Source of the DNA: Patescibacteria group bacterium
GTDB taxonomy: Bacteria; Patescibacteriota; Patescibacteriia; UBA2591; UBA4787
NCBI GenBank assembly: GCA_028715115.1
Contig: JAQUSN010000001.1
Span: 283,150-347,149, forward strand
Reading direction: 5' to 3'
Length of the DNA: 64,000 nucleotides
The translations under genes were made by a program, and so were the position numbers. Shown here one piece after another: positions 48,759 to 55,846 of this stretch (position 1 is the stretch's first letter; every line of letters starts with the position of its first letter). The notes beneath the pieces were generated by a model. That model saw only the letters and a list, made by a program, of their open reading frames with translations. It had not been told where the DNA came from and ran no database searches.

Positions 48759-49458
48759 TGAGCGGGCCGCCTGGTTCGGGAAAAACTTTTTTAGCTCGCG
48801 CCTTACCGTCAATTTTGCCGATTATGACGGAGCAAGAAGTCTTGGAAGTGACGAAAATTTATAGCATCGGTGGATTATTAAAAGAAAATCAACCCTATAT
48901 TAGCGAACGACCTTTTCGCGCGCCAAAGGCCACATTACTTATCCGGCTAAATTTACCCTGGTTGCCTCGCAGAATCCTTGCCCGTGCGGTTATTTTGGCG
49001 ATCCCGAAAAAGACTGCACATGTAGTCCAATTCAAATAATGCGCTATCGCAAGAAAATTTCCGGCCCGCTTTTAGATAGAATCGATTTGCACGTTGAAGT
49101 GCCAAGAATAAAATTCGAAAAATTATCGAGTGAAGAAGCGGCTGAGCCGTCTAAAAATATCAGGACTCGAGTGCAGGTGGCGAGGGAAAGGCAGTTAAAA
49201 AGATTTGAAGGACTTAAGATTTTAACTAACGCCGAAATGTCAGCCCAGCAATTAAAAACATTTTGTCCAGTTGATGCGACTGGCCAGGATTTATTACGTC
49301 GGGCCGTTGACGAATATCACTTGTCTGCCCGTACTTATCATCGTATTTTAAAAGTGGCGCGCACCATTGCAGATTTGGCCGGCGAAGAAAAAATTTTACC
49401 ACAATACTTAGCCGAAGCCATTCAATATCGGATCAAGGAAGAAGAAAAAATATTCTAA
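48758..49458 (+). pseudogene. comM: comM, middle and C-terminal fragments, with an internal deletion of about 70 codons and a frameshift
   Basis: Frame A (48758-48930) reads MSGPPGSGKTFLARALP...RPFRAP. Frame B (48904-49458) reads HITYPAKFTLVASQNPCPCGYFGDP...ISGPLLDRIDLHVEV...YHRILKVARTIADL. The segment between RPFR.P and ITYPA (Walker B and sensor) is missing. Confidence 0.7.
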
Positions 49459-49487
49459 AAAAAGACCGCCGCGGGGCGGTCTACGAT

Positions 49488-49679
49488 CTACCGGCGGCGG
49501 ACATGACCAGCCAAACCCGTACACTGTTCGAGGCCCTTTTTAAGGGCATCGGGATGGGGTTGGATCGCCACTCGCGCTCCATTGGGGCGGTCATCGAAAT
49601 AGTCTCCGTTTACGTGTGCACCACAAGTAGCGCACACCACTTCGACATCGCCCGTTTTTGGGGACTCGGATTGAGTCAA
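49488..49679 (-). CDS. Small GC-rich hypothetical protein with a CxxC motif
   Basis: 63 aa. TTG start 5 nt after AGGAGG. A minus-strand promoter TTGACA...TATAAT lies at 49700-49735. The terminator GACCGCC-CCGC-GGCGGTC plus a T-run (minus strand) lies at 49455-49481. Confidence 0.35.
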   Translation of the reverse strand: MTQSESPKTGDVEVVCATCGAHVNGDYFDDRPNGARVAIQPHPDALKKGLEQCTGLAGHVRRR

Positions 49680-49741
49680 GTAATCCTCCTCTAGTTGAAT
49701 ATTAATTATAGTACTATTTTTTACGAATTTGTCAAGATTTA

Positions 49742-51313
49742 ATGCTCAAAAAAATTAAGATTTTATTATTTAGTTCCGTAGCTGGTGGCGCGATAATCAT
49801 CGCGACCTTTTCTGTTTTAAGCCGTTTAATCGGACTACTTCGTGATCGCTTATTGACCGGAACCTTTGGCGCCGGCCAAATTCTCGACGCTTATTACGCC
49901 GCTTTTCGTTTGCCAGATTTAGTCTTTAATACGTTGGTTTTGGGCGCCTTGTCTTCAGCCTTTATCCCAGTTTTTCTTTCGATTTGGCATAAAGACAAAG
50001 AAGAGGCCTGGAAAGTAGCCAATTCAATTTTAAATATATTATTAGTTTTAATTTTCGTTTTCGTCATTATACTCTTTGTTGCCGCGCCGACTTTGGTTAA
50101 TCTTTTCGTCCATGGATTTTCGCCGGAAACCAGGGCGCTAACGACTAACCTGACGCGCATTATGCTGTTTAGTATTTTATTTTTTACTATTAGCAACGTC
50201 GCCGGCAGCATCTTGAACTCATTTCGTCGATTTCTGGCCTTTAGTTTATCGGCGATTATGTATAACCTAGGAATTATTTTTGGCATTGTTATTTTTACTC
50301 CGCGCTTAGGTCCGATTGGTTTAGCCTGGGGCGTGCTTTTGGGCGCGGTGTTACATTTTTTAATTCAAGTACCGGCCTTATTAAAAGTTGGCTATCGTTG
50401 GCGACCAGGCTTCAATTATCGAGAACCAAATGTCAAAAAAATAGGCTTATTAATGCTGCCGCGGAGTTTTGGTTTAGCTATCAGCCAATTAAACGAAACT
50501 GTCACAACCTTTATCGCTTCGGGATTGGTGGTTGGCACGGTTTCAATTTATAATTTAGCTTTTAATTTAATAAGTTTTCCGATTAATATTTTCGGTACTT
50601 CACTGGCCACTTCGGTTTTTCCTGTTTTCTCCCAGGCCATCATTAACAACGATCACGAATTATTTGTTTATCATTTTTCAAAAACCGTCCGTCGGGTATT
50701 ATATTTTATAATTCCGACCACTATTATTTTTATTTTGCTCCGAGTGCAAATTGTGCGTTTAATCTTTGGCACTGGCCGGTTTAATTGGGAAAATACGATT
50801 TTAACCGCGCAAACGCTCGGATTCTTTTCTTTGTCTTTGTTCGCTCAGAGCTTGATTCCGGTTTTTGCCCGTTCATTTTACGCCAGGCACGATACGCGGA
50901 CACCGGTAAAAACGGCGGTTATCGGATTTATTTTAAATATAATTTTGTGTTTTATCTTAGGCCCAATAATGGGTCCGGCCGGTTTAGCTCTGGCATTGTC
51001 GATTTCTTCGACAATTAATTTGATTATGCTTTTTATAATTTTAAAAGAAAGAATGGGCGGACTCGATCAAAAGAATATTTTCAGATCATTTCTTAAAATC
51101 ATCATTATGTCGCTGGCCATGGCCGTTTTCATCCAATTATTTAAAAACATCATGGGCGGACTGGTAAATATGCAAACCTTTTTGGGCGTCTTTTTACAAT
51201 CTTTAATTGCGGGCCTGGTAGGAGTTGCTATTTATTTTATTTTAAGCTTATTATTCAAATGTCAGGAAGTCGAAACAGTTAAAAGGATTTTTGCTAGAGT
51301 TTTTAATAAATAA
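49742..51313 (+). CDS. murJ: Lipid II flippase MurJ (MviN family)
   Basis: 14-transmembrane protein. N-terminal ...SRLIGLLRDRLLTGTFGAG...LDAYYAAFRLPD is MurJ-typical. Confidence 0.75.
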   Translation: MLKKIKILLFSSVAGGAIIIATFSVLSRLIGLLRDRLLTGTFGAGQILDAYYAAFRLPDLVFNTLVLGALSSAFIPVFLSIWHKDKEEAWKVANSILNILLVLIFVFVIILFVAAPTLVNLFVHGFSPETRALTTNLTRIMLFSILFFTISNVAGSILNSFRRFLAFSLSAIMYNLGIIFGIVIFTPRLGPIGLAWGVLLGAVLHFLIQVPALLKVGYRWRPGFNYREPNVKKIGLLMLPRSFGLAISQLNETVTTFIASGLVVGTVSIYNLAFNLISFPINIFGTSLATSVFPVFSQAIINNDHELFVYHFSKTVRRVLYFIIPTTIIFILLRVQIVRLIFGTGRFNWENTILTAQTLGFFSLSLFAQSLIPVFARSFYARHDTRTPVKTAVIGFILNIILCFILGPIMGPAGLALALSISSTINLIMLFIILKERMGGLDQKNIFRSFLKIIIMSLAMAVFIQLFKNIMGGLVNMQTFLGVFLQSLIAGLVGVAIYFILSLLFKCQEVETVKRIFARVFNK

Positions 51314-51335
51314 GTTTATTAAAGAGATAAATATA

Positions 51336-51362
51336 AAAAGCGGGCTCGGGGCTCGCTTTTTA
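51336..51362 (+). terminator. Intrinsic terminator AAAGCGGGCTC-GG-GGCTCGCTTTTT
   Basis: Hairpin plus a T-run after murJ. Confidence 0.5.
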
Positions 51363-51375
51363 TATTCTATTTTCA

Positions 51376-51466
51376 TACCCCCAAGAGGAATTGAACCTCT
51401 ATATCCAGTTCCCGCCTGCAATGTCAAGCGTAGTTTTGGCGGGCAGGTAGAAGGCTGGTGTTCTAT
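51376..51466 (-). pseudogene. Truncated duplicate of tRNA-Arg (3' half plus anticodon-arm region) with a 38-nt GC hairpin insert at the anticodon loop
   Basis: 51376-51408 and 51449-51466 match tRNA-Arg 51541-51573 and 51578-51595. The insert is tcccgcctgcaatgtcaagcgtagttttggcgggcagg. The 5' portion has diverged and no acceptor stem is possible. Confidence 0.55.
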
Positions 51467-51540
51467 TTATTGTCCGCTTTTGGCGGATCAGCCTTGGGCT
51501 GAAACTATAAGGTAAGTTGATTGGCTTATCTGCTCGCCAA

Positions 51541-51612
51541 TACCCCCAAGAGGAATCGAACCTCTATATCCAGCTTAGAAGGCTGGTGTTCTATCCATTG
51601 AACTATGGGGGC
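51541..51612 (-). tRNA. tRNA-Arg (anticodon UCU)
   Basis: Reverse complement GCCCCCATAGTTCAATGGATAGAACA-CCAGC-CTTCTAA-GCTGG-ATAT-AGAGGTTCGATTCCTCT-TGGGGGT-A. The CCA end is not encoded. Confidence 0.8.
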
Positions 51613-51699
51613 AGTGGCGAGTAGATAACAAATTATTATAAAATTTTAGCAAAAATTCAGAAAAAGTCAATTATTATTTAATGGCTGAATAAAATATTT

Positions 51700-53466
51700 T
51701 TAGAAATTCCAACCGCTATTACTTCCGCCATTCGCGTTGCCATCAGAGATAAGCGCATTCCAGGTGGCTCCGCCAGCCGCAGCGCTTCGGGTGATAGAGG
51801 TGTAATAAAGAGTATTAGTGCCAGCACTATCAGATAGATTAAACGTACTCGCCCCAGTGTCAGTGTCCATGGTAATTAAATGGCCACTGGAGCCAGTCAA
51901 AGACAAAGAGGTAACCGTAGTAGTAGATTCTGCTTTAAACTTAATGGTCTTGTCGGGAGTGGTTGAGGTAAGATTGTTAAAAGTAGTATTTGATGTATCG
52001 CCAATAGTTGAGATTTTGGTGGCGTCGTTAAAATTAACCGTGGAGGTGCCGGCAGTAAAAGTATCGTCGTTAGTGAAATTTCCACCGATATTAATAGTGT
52101 ATGAACCGGCGTCAAAAGAACGTATTTTACCCGCCACATACTGAATAGCAAAATCATTGAGTATGGTTAAATTAGATTGTAAAACAATCGAAATATTATA
52201 ATCTGACCCACTACCAGTCCCAACTGTATAATTATACAATGATTGTGTCGAAGAAAGTGAACGAGTTGTTGTACTATATTTTTGGTATATTGTTGACAAC
52301 CCAGCATCAAAATTTGAACTGGTAATATCTAAATTTCCCCACAAAATAATATTAGCCGTATTGGTAGCGGTGAAGGTTCCTGTGCCCGAAACAGTAAGGT
52401 TTATAATGTCTATCATTCCAGTAGAAATGGTTATAGTCGCTCCTGTTGGAACAGTAAGACTAGCGGCATTAGCACAAATAAATCGTCCAGCTCCTACATT
52501 AAGCGTAAAACCACTACCTAAAGTAATAGGATTACCATAGCTTCCATTAATATATGATTTCCCATTAAAAATAAGTGTTCCTGAGGTAAAGGCGATGACC
52601 CTATTTTGCAGAAAATGATCCTGCAACGTCCATTCTCCGCCGTTGCCATTCCAGGTAACACTAGAAAATGTTTTTCCCCCGGTAGTAATAGTTTTTCCTG
52701 TGGTAGTGGCAGCAAAAGTAACGGTTTGGGTGTTGGGGGTAAAGGTCATACCGGCTACAAATTTAAGATTACCATAAACAGTAAGACCAGCATCTAAGGC
52801 TAAGGTGTGCGTGTAGCCAGTGGCATCAATGTCAGTAGTAACAGAGGCTGTGTCTACGGTAATGTTGCCAGAATTAACGTCCAGAATTGCCGTATCTCCT
52901 TGAACGGGATGCGTGGTTATGGTAGATCCTCCTGATTCAGTGACCCAAGCTCCGTCATCGCTCGACCAATTACCTCCAACAGCAGAAGCATATTTATTTC
53001 GTGATAAAGAAATAAGGCCCGGGCTGCTTGAAGATTCAAAATATTGAGCATAATTACCGCCGTCATTTTGGGCTAGAGCTTGATTAGAAGAGGACTCTAG
53101 AGTAGTAGCTATTCTGAAATTAGTGCCATCTGAATTATATAGATAGCATTGTTGGGTGGGCAAAGGGTCATTAGGAATATTGGACATTTGAGTTAAAAGA
53201 GTGGAACACCAACTGGGAGGAGAAACGTCCATACACACCGAAAGACAGACCGTACCCAAAGAATTGGGGTAGGAATCATTAAAAGAAAAAGATAGCTCTA
53301 GGGCTTTGGTGATTTGACTGATGTCAGCTATGCGTCTGACGTCTCTGGCTTTAACCCTGGCGTTATTGAAGGCTGCCACAGCGATACCCGCCAAAAGACC
53401 GATAATGGCAACCACAACAATAAGTTCAACAAGAGTGAAAGAGGCTTTTTTATTTTTGAATATCAT
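51700..53466 (-). CDS. Large type IV pilin-like protein (prepilin N-terminal methylation domain plus a long Thr/Ser/Gly/Asn-rich C-terminal region)
   Basis: N-terminal MIFKNKKASFTLVELIVVVAIIGLLAGIAVA is a class III signal/pilin N-domain. The start is chosen at Met-11 of the track ORF because the track start overlaps the xer gene. Confidence 0.6.
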   Translation of the reverse strand: MIFKNKKASFTLVELIVVVAIIGLLAGIAVAAFNNARVKARDVRRIADISQITKALELSFSFNDSYPNSLGTVCLSVCMDVSPPSWCSTLLTQMSNIPNDPLPTQQCYLYNSDGTNFRIATTLESSSNQALAQNDGGNYAQYFESSSSPGLISLSRNKYASAVGGNWSSDDGAWVTESGGSTITTHPVQGDTAILDVNSGNITVDTASVTTDIDATGYTHTLALDAGLTVYGNLKFVAGMTFTPNTQTVTFAATTTGKTITTGGKTFSSVTWNGNGGEWTLQDHFLQNRVIAFTSGTLIFNGKSYINGSYGNPITLGSGFTLNVGAGRFICANAASLTVPTGATITISTGMIDIINLTVSGTGTFTATNTANIILWGNLDITSSNFDAGLSTIYQKYSTTTRSLSSTQSLYNYTVGTGSGSDYNISIVLQSNLTILNDFAIQYVAGKIRSFDAGSYTINIGGNFTNDDTFTAGTSTVNFNDATKISTIGDTSNTTFNNLTSTTPDKTIKFKAESTTTVTSLSLTGSSGHLITMDTDTGASTFNLSDSAGTNTLYYTSITRSAAAGGATWNALISDGNANGGSNSGWNF

Positions 53467-53470
53467 AATT

Positions 53471-54409
53471 TTATTTCTCGTTTCTTTTTTTATCATGAAA
53501 GGCCTGGTAAACTTCTTTTAATCTTTTGTTGGTGACATGGGTGTAAACTTGGGTGGTGGTAATATTTTTGTGTCCCAATAATTCTTGCACGGCGCGTAAA
53601 TCAGCCCCGCCGGTTAAGAGATCGGTAGCAAAGCTATGGCGCAAGGTATGAGTGGTTATTTTTTTGGTAATGCCGACTATTTTGGCATATTTTTTTACCA
53701 AACGCTGAACGCTACGCGGAGTTAATCGATTTTCTGGTTGGGATTTTTCCGCCTCATGCTGGCCGCGGTCGTGGCGGACAAAAAGGGAGGGATCTAGATC
53801 GGTTCTGGCCTCCAAATATTTTTTTAGCCAATATTTAGCTTGGTTAGAGAGAAAAACCACTCGCCATTTATTTCCTTTACCGCGGATAGAAAATTCTTCT
53901 TTTCTTAAATTAATATCGTCTTTTTTAAGCGAGGTTAATTCCGAGACCCGCAAACCGGCTGAAAATAATAGCTCTAAAATGGCCTTATCGCGCAGTTTAA
54001 TAACGTCGTCTTGTTTAATTTCAAAGGGAGCTTTAATTAATTTTTCCAAATCTTCACCTTCTAAAAAGGCGATTTGTCGTTCGGGAATTTTAGCCAATTC
54101 TATTTTCTCCGGTGCCATGGTGGTAATGTCGCGCTTGGCTAAATATTTTAGGAAAGTTCGGATAGCTATTAAATAATAATTTTGCGTAGAAGAAACAAGT
54201 GTGCCGCCGCGCGGATTTTGCTTACGAGCCAAAAATAGGCGATACTGTCTGATCAGGGCCGGCGTAATTTGAGCGGGTTGGCTAATTTTTGTCCACGCCA
54301 AAAAATCTTTTAAATAAAAGCCATAGTTGCGAATCGTTAATTGACTGCGCCCTTTTTCAATTTCTAGATGTTCTAAAAATTCATTAATAAGTTGTTGTAA
54401 AGTATTCAT
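53471..54409 (-). CDS. Tyrosine recombinase, XerC/XerD-like
   Basis: N-terminal SAM-like domain and C-terminal catalytic motifs R...HTLRHSFAT...LLGH...T.VYTHV (catalytic Tyr). Confidence 0.75.
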   Translation of the reverse strand: MNTLQQLINEFLEHLEIEKGRSQLTIRNYGFYLKDFLAWTKISQPAQITPALIRQYRLFLARKQNPRGGTLVSSTQNYYLIAIRTFLKYLAKRDITTMAPEKIELAKIPERQIAFLEGEDLEKLIKAPFEIKQDDVIKLRDKAILELLFSAGLRVSELTSLKKDDINLRKEEFSIRGKGNKWRVVFLSNQAKYWLKKYLEARTDLDPSLFVRHDRGQHEAEKSQPENRLTPRSVQRLVKKYAKIVGITKKITTHTLRHSFATDLLTGGADLRAVQELLGHKNITTTQVYTHVTNKRLKEVYQAFHDKKRNEK

Positions 54410-54537
54410 ATTTATATTGTAAATTATAGAAACTACCTGTCAAGATTTTGCGACACTAAAATTTACTTTAAAATTTGACATTTTGGAGAAAATATTATAA
54501 ATTAATAATAACGAAAACCTATTAAGGAGGATTGTTA

Positions 54538-54777
54538 ATGGCGCAAAAGCACGTTAAGGCCGCGAATGGCCAAGGCATAGTCAACGGAACGCGAGTCAAG
54601 AAGGTCGTCGACAGCAGTCGGCGCCACAGTAGACATCCCGTCGGTTCGACAGGAAGGGCCATACATATCAACGAAAAAATTGGCACCTTCGACGTTGCCT
54701 ATGACCGTGGCGGCCGAGCGAACGATTGTCGACCTGATCACTTCGAGGTCGTTTCCGGAGGCGCTCCGACTAGTTAG
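54538..54777 (+). CDS. Small GC-rich hypothetical protein (cassette ORF)
   Basis: 79 aa. AAGGAGG ribosome-binding site. Promoter TTGACA-17-TATAAAT at 54476-54505. Strong terminator at 54870-54909. Confidence 0.4.
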   Translation: MAQKHVKAANGQGIVNGTRVKKVVDSSRRHSRHPVGSTGRAIHINEKIGTFDVAYDRGGRANDCRPDHFEVVSGGAPTS

Positions 54778-54869
54778 GCTTGATGGGCGAAGAAAGCGAG
54801 ATCAAACTGCCCGTGAAGGCGCCAACTCCCCGTGATCGCCTCGTGGCTGCACAGCCTAGTCGATTTCAA

Positions 54870-54909
54870 GCGGGGCCAGGTATATCCTGGCCCCGCTTCT
54901 CCATTTTTT
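54870..54909 (+). terminator. Terminator GCGGGGCCAGG-TATAT-CCTGGCCCCGC followed by a T-run
   Basis: 11-bp perfect GC stem, then TTCTCCATTTTTT. Confidence 0.65.
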
Positions 54910-55010
54910 AGGGCCTTTCACATGATTTTCACCTTGGCACTTGACGTTTTATTTTTACCTGCTACAATGAGATATACTTAATAAGTCGTTATCTACACAA
55001 TTTTTAAACT

Positions 55011-55277
55011 ATGAATAAGAAAAAAGAAATTAAAAAGGCCGTGATTAAAAATTTTCAGAAGAAAGACCAGGATACTGGTTCGGTAGAGGTTCAGATAGGT
55101 CTTTTGACAAAAGAAATTAGTCAATTAACCGATCATCTCAAAAAAAATAAACAAGATTTTTCTTCTCGCCGAGGTTTATTGCGCAAGGTTGCTCACCGAC
55201 GTAAGCTTTTAAAATATCTACAGCACAACGACCCGAAGAGTTACGAAAAAATTGTCAAAAAGATTAAAACGGCTTAA
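55011..55277 (+). CDS. rpsO: 30S ribosomal protein S15
   Basis: GSVEVQIGLLTKEI..LT.HLK.NK.D..SRRGLL..V..RRKLL.YL is the S15 signature. Confidence 0.85.
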   Translation: MNKKKEIKKAVIKNFQKKDQDTGSVEVQIGLLTKEISQLTDHLKKNKQDFSSRRGLLRKVAHRRKLLKYLQHNDPKSYEKIVKKIKTA

Positions 55278-55301
55278 GCACTTCCGCAATTTTAAAATTA
55301 T

Positions 55302-55808
55302 ATGAAATATCCTCATCAACGTGTTGGCGTTTTTATTGACGTGGCTAACATGTATCATTCGGCTAAAAATTTATTTCGGGCGAATGTTAACTTTGCTAAA
55401 ATCTTAGAAACAGCCCTAGCCGAAAGGCAATTAATCCGCGCTATCGCTTACGTTATCCGCTCTAAAAGCCAAGAAGAACAGACCTTTTTCGGAGCCCTGG
55501 ATCGCCAGGGATTTGAAGTAAAAATGAAGGATTTGCAAATCTTTGCTGGAGGTATGAAGAAAGCCGATTGGGACGTGGGTATTGCCATTGACGCAATAAA
55601 GTTAGCCGATAAATTAGACGTGATAGTTTTGGTTAGCGGCGACGGTGATTATGTGCCGCTTTTAAATTACTTGCAAGAAAACAAGGGCTGTCGAGTGGAA
55701 GTCATCGCTTTTAGCGAGACGACTTCATCCAGACTAATTGAGGCAGCTGATGAATTCTTGGATTTGAGTAAAAATAAAAGAAAATTTTTATTCAAATCAA
55801 CCAGATAA
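55302..55808 (+). CDS. NYN/LabA-like (PIN-related) domain protein
   Basis: RVGVFIDVANMYH...VLVSGDGDYVPLL, the NYN pattern. Confidence 0.55.
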   Translation: MKYPHQRVGVFIDVANMYHSAKNLFRANVNFAKILETALAERQLIRAIAYVIRSKSQEEQTFFGALDRQGFEVKMKDLQIFAGGMKKADWDVGIAIDAIKLADKLDVIVLVSGDGDYVPLLNYLQENKGCRVEVIAFSETTSSRLIEAADEFLDLSKNKRKFLFKSTR

Positions 55809-55846
55809 AAAACAAGAGAAATAAATTAATTATTAATTGTAAACTT

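Noticed and set aside
48707-49039. The ORF-track 110-aa ORF treated as an independent gene
   Set aside because: It is the in-frame continuation of disrupted comM plus out-of-frame read-through, so it is annotated as a pseudogene fragment.
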